DNA of 64,000 nucleotides from Carcharhinus longimanus (GCA_030264375.1 JASCQW010000190.1:99542130-99606129); one strand, 5' to 3'. Numbered from the stretch's first letter, positions 22,843 to 34,604 are shown. The notes: a model not told the origin generated them from the letters alone. Program-made: numbers and translations.

Positions 22843-25800
22843 TATCCTAAACATGCCATGAGATGAAAAGTGGTTCAGAATTGTCATGAACTACTTAAGC
22901 AGATGTCTTTGTAATAAGGACTGGCAGATTTGGAAATCATTTCTAATTTGCATTTAAGGACAGTGCTGAACATTTCACAAGCTAGAAATGTACCACAGGC
23001 TCATGTCCACTGGGCACTGAAAGACCTTGCTTCGCATGAGTACATCAACAGATACCAGTCTGTCCTTCATCTGTTATCTTTGAATGAGTGAAGTTTAGGT
23101 CTCCAGAGATGAAGGGTAAAGAGGTGACTATTAATAAAATGTGCCCTCATCACATTTTGTACATAATTGAATAAATTCTTTCATTGCTGTATGATACAAT
23201 GGTAATTAATGTTTCCCTAAACTTTTCTCCAGAGGTTAATTGAAATCTTCATTTAATAAATTCTGAAAGCGACTCTGATCCCAATTAGTATCTTTTGCAA
23301 TTACATTGAAGCAAATAAATACCGTCGGCACTTTATTTAAACAGTGATATCAGTAAGATCACATATTTTACAGTTCAATATATTGTGCTAGGTAAATTAA
23401 GCAATACTTCATGCCTGAATTCCATTGTATGTTCAAGTTCACAGAACTGTCCTAACTCTAGAAGCTTAACGGAGAACAGTAGTCTTGGTGATTTTTGTGT
23501 TTTTATGCTTACCATGTCTCTCTGTAGGTTTCTATGCCTATGTGGATTGGAAGTGTTTGTGCAACTATATGTTTCTCTTTATCGTTACTGAAACAGAGGA
23601 TTGTTGTAGCCTCTCATCTGGAGAGATGACAGTTGGGAAATTGCTAAATAAAAGAAAAGCTTCAAACTGGGTGGCAGATAGGGACAGTGCATTGCTGTCA
23701 TGGTGTGATAAAATGCTGGATTCAGTCAATGATTGTGCTTTATATTTCAAGCATCAAATGGTTGTTCAGACTTCCCATTGCAGGCCGACATTTCTTCAGA
23801 GCTCAGTTTTTCTCCTAAATGTTTTTTGCCTTACCAGTGGTCAAGCCCTACAATTAACCACGAGTGAAGTAGATTCCTTTCTGCAGACCAAGATGCTCGC
23901 TGCATCTCCTGCCAGTCTGGGCAACTGGCAATATTGTATTGTTACACTAACATGTACACTACTGTTCTGGATTTAATGATAAATAATATGATACGCAGAT
24001 GTGCTCTATTCACAATGACCCATCTCAGATATGAGGCCCACTTTGTCAGCCATTTGCAGCAACATCATCTGGATTTGAGTGACAGTGTGGGAACACAGTG
24101 TTTTTTAGCCAATGCCAACATAATTTTTTTTAAATGTTGCTATATTTGGCTGTTTAAATGTTGTCACTTTGGTTATTTTCTTTTTTGAAAAAGTTGGCTT
24201 CAAACAGTAGCCAGCTAGGAGACATAATAGATCAGCAGGAAACGTACAAACAAAGAAAATCTAAAATAGAAACTGGTCCAATCCCTGAACATATTTAAAT
24301 ATTTCTGAAGTACCAACAGCATATCATATTTTATTTCTGACCATGAAAACAGTTGAATTATTGTAGTAGTATTTTGAGTATACCATCTCCAGGAAGCATA
24401 TTGTACACAATACCTAGATCAGTTTGAAGAACTGGCACAATCAATTATTTTAATATTCTATTTTATGCTCCTTGCCTTTTGACATGCAAGTGAACTACCA
24501 ACTGTCAAAGTTTAATGCAGGAATAAGTGAAACTGGATTTGTGAATTTTGACCTGTGCAGAATACAGACTAATGTAGGGTAGGTGGGCACGGTATTTTCC
24601 TCAAGTAATGGTTTTTTCCTCAAGTAATTCTCTGCATTAATACTGAATAGTAATCTCCTGCAAAAGTGTTTTTCTTGACAACGATACAATTACTTTGTTG
24701 ACAGATTGTTTTTTTTTCTGAGATGTATTCACACTTATTTGCAATGGTTTGTTTTTTGAATGAAGAGATTTTATGCAGGCACATTTACCTATCTAAAAGT
24801 GTCTGGGTTCAGACGTCAAACACCTATCCATTCAGTAAGTTCATTAAAGTTATATGTGCTTCTAATTTGAATTGGCACAGCAGTACTATAGTCTGAGTTC
24901 AAATGTTATTGACGTATTTGATTTGGCTTACACTTAAAGTCATACTTGCCCCATACTTTTCTCAGATATAGATATCTTTCATGCGAATTGTAGCAAAACT
25001 GTTGCAGACAATACAATTCTTTTCAGCAACACTTTTGAGGGACTTAGTCAACTTTTCTCACATAGAGGTCAAAGCCAGTACTAGGAGGTTTACACATTTA
25101 TGATATTGACCTATGTTAACCCTGGATCAGCATGAATCCCAGGCTGAAAGCCCAGGGAGTCAACAAGGTCAGTGCACAAGCTTTACATCCATAAACCTAA
25201 TCCCTGTCTAAGGAAAGAAAAAGCTGACTATCTAGTGGATGGGATATTAGAGAAGTTAGTTTCTTGGAAAAAAGAAGTAATTTCAGAAACTGCCGAGCAC
25301 TGCAGTTTCAAACCAATCCCTGTATGTAGCGATCAGACAATTAAATGTTAGGCTACAATAGGAACACAAGGCTTCGTGAAATGGATCAGACTATTGGTGC
25401 ACCAGAAAAATGATTTTGTAAGCCATTGTAGTTTGGACCACACACTAAAAAGATATTACATTGAGAATGTGAACTATCTTGCAATGTCTTGTCCCAGACT
25501 TGATTCCAAAAAGCGTTTTCATCAGGCTGATAAAAATGTCACATTCGTTTCCTCTTACGACATTTCAGTCCTGATTGCTGTAGGCATAAATCAGTCTGTT
25601 GAAGTTGTGCATTGACTATAATGTTGTAGATGGTTTGAGAGATAACACGTATTTATACCATGTGAGCAAGATGAGTATGAATTTAACAATTTTAAGAAAA
25701 TTTGACATTCACCTCTGAAACATTGAACGACTGGGAATTTCTTGGATGTGATCTTCTCGTTCTTGCATAAGCAGATGTTAGAGCCAACCTAAAACGCTTA

Positions 25801-26261
25801 TGCAGAGGAATGAGAGAGTAATTTGTTTTGAAGGAACACTTTTGAAGAGCTTTCAAAGTATGTATTTTTATCAATTTATCCATATGATGAAAGATTATTT
25901 TACGCTGGGACTCCAACTAGCATTTTCATACCTTAAGGACAAATCCAATCAAATGTAGCCATGCATATAGTTGATGGAATAAAAAAAAACTTTAGGCAAA
26001 AATCACAATAACCAATGCAAGAAAGCAATGTCAAATAACTGCTCACTGGCTGGATAGGTTCTAATCACAGGCAAAGTATTGCCTTTGAGACAGAGGCTTA
26101 TGTAGAACTCAAGCAGCAACCATTCTTTATAGCATTCTTATTTTACTTTTATTTCTAGAGCAAGTATTTTCAATGAACCGTGACTTTCATCTTGCTTTAA
26201 AAAGCTGTTCCTTACTGTAACATTATAATCTTATTGATAATGGCTCAAACAGAAAGATCTT

Positions 26262-26552
26262 GGTGGCATGGTGGCACAGTTGTTTGCACTGCTGCCTCAC
26301 AGCACCAGGGACCCGGGTTCAATTCCCGGCTTGGGTCACTGTCTGTGTGGAGTCTGCATGTTCTTCCCGTATCTACGTGGGTTTCCTCCGGGTGCTTTGG
26401 TTTCCTCCCACAGTCCGAAAGACGTGCTAGTTGGGTGTATTGGCCATGTTAAATTCTCCGAACAGGCGCTGGAGTGTGGCGACTAGAGGATTTTCACAGT
26501 GCTTCATTGCACTGTTTATGTGGGCCTGCTTATGACATTAATAAATAAACTT
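26262..26552 (+). mobile_element. SINE with HE1-like head and core but a non-CR1 tail
   Basis: Head and core as HE1, then GAACAGGCGCTGGAGTGTGGCGACTAGAGGATTTTCACAGTGCTTCATTGCA...TAATAAATAAACTT. Confidence 0.88.
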
Positions 26553-27526
26553 CACACTTTACCACATGCAATTTTGCATGGCGTCTACAGATGGTCCTTT
26601 CAGAAAAAGTTGCTGTTAACAATTAAAGTTCATTCTTCTAGCATATGCACAAAGCTAATGAGCAAGACTTTCTCCCTCATTTGTAATGAAGGGGAGAATG
26701 TTCTGTTGTTAATTTGTGCTCTACTCAGCACTGAACCGTAAAGAACATTCCATACACCTATTCTTTGCATCCCTAGAACTATTCGTTGGCAAGTGAAATT
26801 TACAATTTGTTGTCAATGTACAGGATTGACACTCATTTTCAGATGGAATGACCTCTTGCTCAGTGTAAATATGTCACCCATTGTGCCAGAAAGGCTGAAC
26901 CTGGGACAAACACAATGTGAGGAAACCTCTGCACCAGGTTCTGAAAAATGAATTGACATCCTCTGGGCATACTTGCATGTTATGTAATTCCATCCTACTC
27001 CCCACCATCCTTCCCATGTAAGAGAAAGTGTTCTGAATGTAAAAATCATAAGCAAGGCTATGGAAATCCACTTTAGCTACTCAAAGGATTCACATCTGTG
27101 ACTGAAGTTAGCATCTTCCATAGAGCAAAAGACAACGTAGTATGAATAGAATTGGTTCCAGCACTACAACATTCACAGAGTGGCAAGATTTGGCAGGCAG
27201 CAAAAAACTGAATGAGCTATTCATGAACAGACTTCAGCAGTGGGAAAGAAAGGTCTAGAGCTAGAAATATGCCCATGTATACTGAAATACATATAGATTT
27301 CTATGTATTTATAGTGTAACTTTTCTCAAACTTTCATATTACATTTCTCACTTTGCTATTGGATCTGTTTTACAAATTCATACATCTACATGGTTATTCC
27401 AAAATTGTAAAACAGTAAATGATATGAAAGAATGCAATTTAGTCTTGCCCATTCTATCATAATGGTTTGGGTAAATTTGGGTAAATTGCATCTTCAATCA
27501 ACAAATAATTGTTCTGGGAATACATA

Positions 27527-28235
27527 GGTTGGAATTTTTGTGCTAAGTGCTGGCCGTGGTGAGAAAACCATTGTGGTAGTCAGGGAGGTGGGAGGTACAA
27601 TCTGGTGTTAGTCTGGGTGTGGGAGCATAGTTGAGGGAACGAGAGGGTAGTCAGTGGGATGGGAGGCAGTCAGGGGTTCAGAAGGGTGTTTGAGGTTGGG
27701 AGGGCATGAGTGGAGCTGTGAGATCAGGTGGTTGGGGTAATGGTGTTAGTCTGGGGTTCAGCAGGAAAATAGAGGCAGTGAACTGGTGGTCAAAGTTAGG
27801 GAAGTAGTCAGGGGCTTGAGAGAGTGATTGCTGTAGAGGATTTAGTCAGACCCTACAAAGACCATTGAGGCAGTCAAGGAGTACTCCAGGTTGGGGCAGC
27901 CATGTGTTTAGGAGAATGGTCGGGGTAGGGAGGGTAATCAGGGGAAAAGTAATGCTAGTTGAGGAGGTGCAGTCGGGTGGAGGGCAGTTACCCAGAATCT
28001 GGAAGTAGATTTAATCCTTTTAAATTTTCCTGGGTAACTAATTTGCTAAGGGAGTTTGAACAATCTGAAATTCCAGCTTAAATCAGAAGATCAGATGGTT
28101 CCCGGAGCAGGGTAATTGCTTAGTCGGAAGTTTAAACTTTATGGACAATTCCTGTGCAGTCCTTGCATGTGGACCTCCACAGGTGTCCAGCACATCTGGG
28201 GCACAACTATCTGAGGAAGTAAAGTTCTGGACCAT
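27527..28235. mobile_element. Old non-autonomous DNA-transposon-like element with a G-rich low-complexity interior
   Basis: Starts GGTTGGAATTTTTG (MITE-like terminus), then a G-rich GGGAGG(C/T)AGTCAGG-type array at 27580-27985 and an internal inverted repeat shared with 59150-59345 (opposite strand). Confidence 0.45.
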
Positions 28236-29075
28236 TATAATGTGCATTTCCTCTAGTACATATCCCATGAAAAGTATAAAAGAATGAGAATGGACAATTG
28301 GAATTGTAATATTCTCCTTTTCCATGTAAAATAAATCTGTAATTATAAATGCAGAATTTTTATGCACCCTAATGCACAACGTTCATTGTCAAAAGTTAAT
28401 TGTGGTGGTCGAATGGAGGACGCAAGGCTGAAAGTTTGCCTAGGGTGCCTATTACTCTTGCACCAACCCTGAAAATATAAAGCTGAACTGAGCTAGCACA
28501 CAATTATTTTGACCCTGAGTCAGGCCTGAGTGAGTGTGATTTTCAATGATTTGTATCCCATCCTGTCTTTATGTACTAGCTGTTGCTTAGCCTGATTGCA
28601 TCTCAATCTACTTCCAATATGTGCAGTTAAAGTTAAATCAAATACCATTTTTGTAGGTTTTAGGTAATAGAAAAATCAAATGGCAAAGTACAGTACTAGA
28701 AAAAGTCATTATTTAGTCCTCTAACTTATATTGCAATTTACTGCATTGCGCAATTCTTCCTTTAATGCCCACCCAATTGAAATCTATTGTTTTTGCTGCT
28801 GTATTACTGTTCCAATCTGGCACCTTGAAGTGATAGATTTCAGTTCATCATTAAACGTCAATGATGTGTTCCTCAGGTCATTTAATTGCTCCTTTTCATA
28901 ATTTGCAAGATTTAAACATTTTATCTGGAAATTTTCCCAATGCATTAATCTATGATATGCAATTGCATCACAAAGTTCAAACTGTTGCAAGATATTTTAA
29001 GCACGTCAATAAGCAGGGCTCCATTTGCTTTTGTTTTTGAACCAGAGTTCAGACTTTGCATGTAGAGGTTTCTTG

Positions 29076-29394
29076 CATAGAATCATAGAATTGCTACAGT
29101 GCAGTAGGAGACCATTCAGCCCATCAAGTCTGCACCGATCACAATCCCACCCAGGCCCTATCCCCATAACTCCATGCATTTACCCTAGCTAGTCCCCCAA
29201 CACTATGGGGCAATTTAGCATGGCCGATGCACCTAACCCGTACATTTTTGGACTGTGAGAGGAAACTAGAGCACCTGGAGGAAACCCACGCAGACAAGGG
29301 AAAACTTCACACAGACAGTGACTGAGGTCAGAGTTGAATCCTGGTCCCTGGTGCTATGGGCCAATGGTGCTAACCACTGTGCCACCATGCAGCC
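29076..29394 (-). mobile_element. HE1-type SINE, full length
   Basis: CATAGAATCATAGAA tail to GTGCTAACCACTGTGCCACCATGCAGCC head. Confidence 0.93.
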
Positions 29395-29666
29395 TGTGCA
29401 TAAAGAGATCCCCAAGACTTGGTCCCAATATGACACACAAAATAAATTGACTAAATTCCCAGTAGAATTTAACTTTATTACTCTGAAGTGATGAGGTTCC
29501 AGTGAAAAACAAATCCCTCAGTCGGCTGTCCCAAGCAGACAATGTAGCCAAATGTGGAATTAAAGTACACTCACGGTCAAAGAAACACAAAGAACTTTAA
29601 AAACTTGGGCCCCCTCGTTTTCAATAATCCCAGCATTAAAACAGTAAAATATCAGTTACCAAATGA

Positions 29667-29990
29667 TTTTTTTGTTATTCATTCGTGGGACATGAGTGTT
29701 TCTGGCTGGCCAGCATTAATTGTCCATCTCTTATTGCCCTTGGTGTATCTCTGGAGTCACATGTAGGCCAGACCAGTTAAAGGTGGCAGATTTTCTTCCT
29801 TAAAATGAACCAGATGTTTCTTTCTGATGTTTGAAAATGGTTTCATGGTCATCAGTAGATCCTTAATTCTGGATATTTTGCACTGAATTCAAATTCCACC
29901 TGTGACAGGATTTGAACCCAGGCCCCCAGAACATAAACTGAGTTCTGGGATTAATAGCCAGTGATTATACCACTAAGCCATTGCTTCCCC
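29667..29990 (-). mobile_element. Meta-type tRNA-derived SINE, near full length
   Basis: T-rich tail end, CCAGCATTAATTGTCCATC...GGAGTCACATGTAGGCCAGACCAG...GGCAGATTTTCTTCCTTAAA, GGATTTGAACCCAGG (box B reverse complement), CCACTAAGCCA (box A reverse complement). Confidence 0.8.
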
Positions 29991-30152
29991 CAGAATGATA
30001 TCTTTTGAGTTGTTAAATATGCTGCAAACTGATTAAGATGTTGTAGAGTGACTATGTGCTGTTCTTCATCAAAAACCTCAGTCTTGTAACTGTATCAAGT
30101 CTTAACTTAAAATCAAAACTACCGGGATGGTGATAAGATCAGCTTTAAAATT

Positions 30153-30471
30153 ATAGAATCACTACAGTGCAGAAGAAGGCCATTCGGCCCATTGAGCCTG
30201 CAGTGACAGTAATCCCACCCAGGGTCTATCCCCTTAACCATATGTATTTACCTCGCTAATTCGCCCTAACATAAAGGGTCAGTTTAGCATGGCCAATCCA
30301 CCTATTCTGCATATCTTTGGAGTGTGGGAGGAAACCAGAGCACCCAGAGGAAACCCATGCAGATATGGGGAGAAAGTGCAAACTCCACTCAGACAGTCAC
30401 CTGTGGTCGGAATTGAACTCAGGTCCCTATGTTGTGAGGCAGCAGTAGTAACTGCTGTGCCATTGTGCTGC
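30153..30471 (-). mobile_element. HE1-type SINE
   Basis: Full tail-to-head match to the other copies. Confidence 0.92.
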
Positions 30472-30474
30472 ACT

Positions 30475-30725
30475 AGAAGGAAACCATTCGAGCCTGCACT
30501 GACAACAATCCTAATCTCAGCAATCCCACATATTTATCCTGCTAATCTCCCTAACACTCAGAGGCAATTCAGCATGGCCAATCAACCTGACCTGCAAATC
30601 TTTGGAGTGTGGAGCAAACTGGAACACCCAGAGGAAACACAGACATGGGGAGATTGTGCAAACTCCACATAGACAGTCACCCGAGTACAGAATTGAATCC
30701 AGGTCTCTAGCGCTGTGAGGCAGCT
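30475..30725 (-). mobile_element. Second HE1-type SINE directly adjacent (tandem dimer)
   Basis: Repeats GAGCCTGCA.TGACA..AATCC...AGCATGGCCAATC...GGAAAC...AGACAGTCACC...GAATTGAA..CAGGTC immediately after the first copy. Confidence 0.88.
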
Positions 30726-30958
30726 TTGACTAACATGCGCATTTATCTCTCTAAACTCTGTTCAATGTGTGCCTGATGTGTGTTTAACCCACTCTTGATG
30801 GTTTCCTAATTTCTTTTTGGGAGGGATTTCAAACTGGGTTGAGTTTCACTCTGCTACATTGAAATGAGCACCACAATGTCACGATGCCAACATAATTATT
30901 AATTCTGAACAGCCTAACTGGAGAGACACTTTGGCTGAAGCACGTGTATTTTTAACAG

Positions 30959-31028
30959 GTACAAATTGCAGTGAATATCCAGTAGGTTTAATGCTGAAAT
31001 GGAGGACAGGAAGCTAATTAAACACAAG
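30959..31028 (+). other. Candidate 70-nt exon, possibly containing a start codon (MEDRKLIKHK, 30999-31028)
   Basis: Acceptor GTATTTTTAACAG and consensus donor AAG|GTGAGT in repeat-free DNA. All three frames have stops, so it could only be UTR or a first coding exon. Confidence 0.2.
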
Positions 31029-31699
31029 GTGAGTGCAAGTACTGTAATTAGCAAGAGACCCTCAACCCCAGCATCAAACCCTTAACCCTTTCAGCACTGA
31101 GAGACATTTTTGGCTCAAAACTCTCATCTTTTCATTTTTGTCGCACCTGCATTTCATTGCTGGTATGATAAAGTAGAAGTGGAATGTGCTATTAACATAA
31201 CATCACATTGGGAGTATTCTGTGAGCTGAAGTCTGGTTCCCTGAGTATCATTTACCTTGAAGTACCTTAAGTGGTTGTGTGACCCAGATAGTGTCAGTTG
31301 GCAGTTTCACTGGTGAGGTATTACGGCCAAATCTATTCCTACTTTTGCATATTCACATGATGCAACTTGCAGTAGAAATCACATAGACGATGAGCAAAAG
31401 AAAGAAAAAATTACTCTGCAGCCAATCAGCATTCTGGTCGATTGTAAAGTTCCCCACTATTGATGCAGCTCAGATTTGCAAAATCAGCTAAAAGTGCTGA
31501 TGTAACTCAAACACTTCTTGGTCAATATGGTTCAGTTATTGATTAAGCAATTCCTTCAGTCATCAGGGGAGGCCTATGTAAGGTGTAGTCAAGTGATGGA
31601 TCGACGAAGGCCAGATCCATATGGTGACAGTTGCTTCATAGACGCTGTTCCTCAAGTATAATCAAATCAAGAGCAAGGTACTGTGAAAAATCAAAAATA

Positions 31700-31790
31700 A
31701 AATTGGAAAATGCTGTGAACACCCAGCAGTTCTGACAGCATCTGTGCAGAGAGAAGTATAATGTTTCTGGTTCATGACCTTTTGCCAGAC
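31700..31790 (-). mobile_element. PLE pLTR fragment
   Basis: GAAAATGCTG...CAGCAGTTCTGACAGCATCTGTGCAGAGAGAA...ATGTTTCTGGTTCATGACCTTTTGCCAGA. Confidence 0.65.
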
Positions 31791-31989
31791 CAAAATTCAA
31801 TGTCTGGTGATGTCACAGTCATTATGTTGTCTCTCCTACACTCCAGGATTTTATGCTCACAGCTATGATCTTAGATGCTTAGTTTGAAAGAAAAATAGGC
31901 AGTAATTATATTTTACCTCATTAATACTTACTGTTTCTCATCTAATGTTCTTGAAGTGCAGTTACTTCTGTTATGTAGGCACCCACAAT

Positions 31990-32740
31990 TGACTAAATTG
32001 GGCCTATGCACTCTGGAGTATAGAAAGATAAAAGGTTATTACATTAAAACATACAAAATACTGAAGGGGCTTGACAGAGTCTACACTGAGGCATTACTTC
32101 CCCTCCTTGGGGAATTTAGTATTCAAGGACGTAGCCTCAGGCCAATCAATTAAGTACTGAGGAGAAATGGGATGGCACGGTGGCACAGTGGTTAGCACTG
32201 CTGCCTCAGCACCAGTGACCCAGGTTCAATTCCAGACTTGGGTGACTGTCTCTGTGGAGTTTGCACATTCTCTCTGTGTCTGCGTGGGTTTCCTCCGGGT
32301 ACTTCAGTTTACTCCCACAGTCCAAAGATGTGCGGGTTAGGTTGATCGGCAATGCTAAATTGCCCCTTAGTGTCAGGGAAATTAGCAGGGTAAGTTTGTA
32401 GGGTTACAGTGATTGGGCCTGAGCGGGCTTGTTGTCAGTGCAGGCTCAATGGGCTGAATGACCTCCTGCTGCATTGAGATTCTATGATTCCATGAAATGT
32501 CTTTACTTAAAGTGTTGTGAATCTTTAAAATTCTCTAACTCAGTAGAATGCCCCAGTGTTGAGTATATCCCAAGCTGAGGTAGACAAATTTTTAATCACT
32601 CAAAGAATCGAGGCAGATGAGGAGTGAGCAGGAAAGTGGAGTTGAGGCAGAAGATCAACCCTAATTGTATGGATTGATGGAGCAGGCTCGAGAGGCCACA
32701 TATCCATTTCTGCCCTTATTTTTCATGGTCATATGTTCTT
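31990..32740 (+). mobile_element. CR1 LINE 3' end interrupted by an HE1 SINE
   Basis: KLGLCTLEYRKIKG..IKTYKILKGLDRV translation; the LINE resumes after 32494. Confidence 0.85.
32170..32493 (+). mobile_element. HE1-type SINE, full length, with TSD GAAATG
   Basis: GGCACGGTGGCACAGTGGTTAGCAC head to ATTCTATGATTCCAT tail; GAAATG at 32164-32169 and 32494-32499. Confidence 0.94.
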
Positions 32741-32744
32741 AACA

Positions 32745-32965
32745 ATCAAGCTGCACACAGCTAGATCACAGCATCAGCAAGTGATATGAAATGACCAATT
32801 AGTCATTTTTTGGATATTAATGTTGTAATGTTGGCCAGGACATTGGGGGAATACTCTAGTTTTATTAAAATAAGATATCAGTGGCTCTTTCCTGTCCACA
32901 TTGGCCAGTTTAACTTTTTATTTGAAAAACAGAATCTCCGAACACCCTCTCAGTATTGTGCTAAA
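32745..32965 (-). mobile_element. Deu-domain SINE fragment
   Basis: TGCACACAGC.AGATC...TTGGCCAGGACATTGGGGGAATACTC...CCCTCTCAGTATTG. Confidence 0.55.
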
Positions 32966-32974
32966 GAAATGCAG

Positions 32975-33020
32975 AAGTACTCCGTTTATTTCTTTTGGAA
33001 AAGAAATAAACGGAGTACTT
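32975..33020. repeat. Perfect palindrome, 22-bp arms and 2-nt loop
   Basis: AAGTACTCCGTTTATTTCTTTT-GG-AAAAGAAATAAACGGAGTACTT. Confidence 0.95.
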
Positions 33021-33370
33021 TCAGTGGCCTACTCAGTGAATATACATGCAATTGAAGGATGGAGATCAAAATGATGCCAGATTCAATGTTACATTGTGAT
33101 GAATTTGTTGATTGGAGCTTCAATAGTGTTAAAGTGCAGATTTTTCATAATTGAAAAGTTGTAAAGTACTTCAAACAATATTACTGTTTAGGCATCAGTC
33201 TCCCTATGTTAGTAAAAAAGATTAAAAATGGTTAAGGTTGCCAGTTCTGACCTTGTCAGGTGATTGTTATTCAAATGTCAGTGCATCAAATGATAGGACC
33301 TGGATCAACTGTGATGCACGTCCTTCTCATTTAACACATACTCGGTGGTCAAATGACCAGCCAACACTCG

Positions 33371-33497
33371 GGGAGGAATTTTACTGGCACGTCCACCCAA
33401 GTTTTGCACAATCCTGCTCAAGGCCAACAGAGATTGCTGTGCTCCGAGCCGAGCCTGCCCCCGGAATCGGGGCTGCCATCTTGGTAAAATTCCGGCC
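33371..33497. mobile_element. PIF/Harbinger-type MITE
   Basis: TIRs GGGAGGAATTTTAC / GTAAAATTCCGGCC; 3-bp flanks TCG and TCA. Confidence 0.7.
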
Positions 33498-33754
33498 TCA
33501 CTGTCCATTTTTATGGACAGGTGTAATTCTAACCTTTCTGTTATGCAATGGAATGTTACCTCTTCACTAGGAATTCCAACCAAATGCACTTGCAATTATT
33601 TACATTTGGTAGGTAGTTTAGAACAAGAAAAATATGTTACGTCTTTGGCCAGCATCACTTAGAAAGCACATTTTATATAGGTTCCCTATGATTATCGCAC
33701 AATAAAGCTTCAGATAAGAGATGGATAACTTCAATTTCTTTTTGCAATTTTCAG

Positions 33755-33766
33755 CAGTTAGGTGAG
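33755..33766 (+). CDS. Candidate 12-nt (or 9-nt via NAGNAG) microexon, QLGE or LGE, phase 0
   Basis: GATAAC-TTCAATTTCTTTTTGCAATTTTCAG|CAGTTAGGTGAG|GTAAGT: branch-point-like TAAC, pyrimidine tract with TGC, consensus donor, length a multiple of 3. Confidence 0.3.
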
Positions 33767-34439
33767 GTAAGTTGTTGTTTGAAGCTTGCAAAGAATAATA
33801 CCTTCTTCAGGTCAGTGGAGACCTACACGAGGCAGTCGGGAGCTAAGAAATACTTATAAATCAAGCCCAGGGATTGCAGTGTGGCCTGAGTCAGTATGGA
33901 GGTGTGGGAAAGAGTTGGGAGATGAGAGCTGCAGTCTTGCACCATTTCCGCTGCTGCAAGGCTGCACGGGGGAAAAACTGTGCAATCGCAGGAAACTATT
34001 GAGTTGATTAGCTGCTAAATGTTCAATGTAAAAAGTTGTAGCATTTGGAATAAAGGGAAATTGGGGCCAGTATAACATGGTATTATAAGTAATCCGAAGT
34101 AGAATAAAGTTAATGTAAGGGAAGCAAAGTTAAGACATGGCAGGGCAGCACAGTTGATGGAATATGTATCCTGTAATTTGTGTGAAGTCACAGAAGCTAC
34201 TGGTGTCTGAAACGACCATATGTGCAGGAAGTGCTGCCAGCAAAAGAAACTTGAGCTCTGGATTTCGGGGATCCCTTTTGATCTCAGTTGAATCGGTTCC
34301 CAGCTCTGATGGTGCAAACCTCACGCATTTGTTTCTTTGTGGTTAGAGGGACAAGATCTGGAGAGAAAACAAGCCAGTGGAGCTGGACAGTTCCACACCA
34401 GTTTTCTGACCAGAACTGTTACTTAGCCAAATTCTCATA

Positions 34440-34565
34440 AATTTCCATAAAATTCTCAGTATTGTTGTTATGTGGGAAAATATGCAAAACAAGATTTGCA
34501 CAGAAAGATCCCACAAACAGCAAATGTAGCCAGTAGCATAAGTAAAATATGTTATTTATCCCTCC
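34440..34565 (-). mobile_element. Deu-domain SINE 3' fragment
   Basis: TTGTTATGTGGGAAAATATGC...ATTTGCACAGAAAGATCCCACAAACAGCAA. Confidence 0.55.
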
Positions 34566-34604
34566 ACAGCAACAAGTCGACAGGAGGAAACCCAAATAAT
34601 TTTT

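Noticed and set aside
23485-23976. 163-aa ORF
   Set aside because: Non-ATG start, Cys/Leu-rich random composition and no motif or splice support.
31082-31120. TTAACCCTTT piggyBac-like terminus
   Set aside because: I found no matching opposite terminus.
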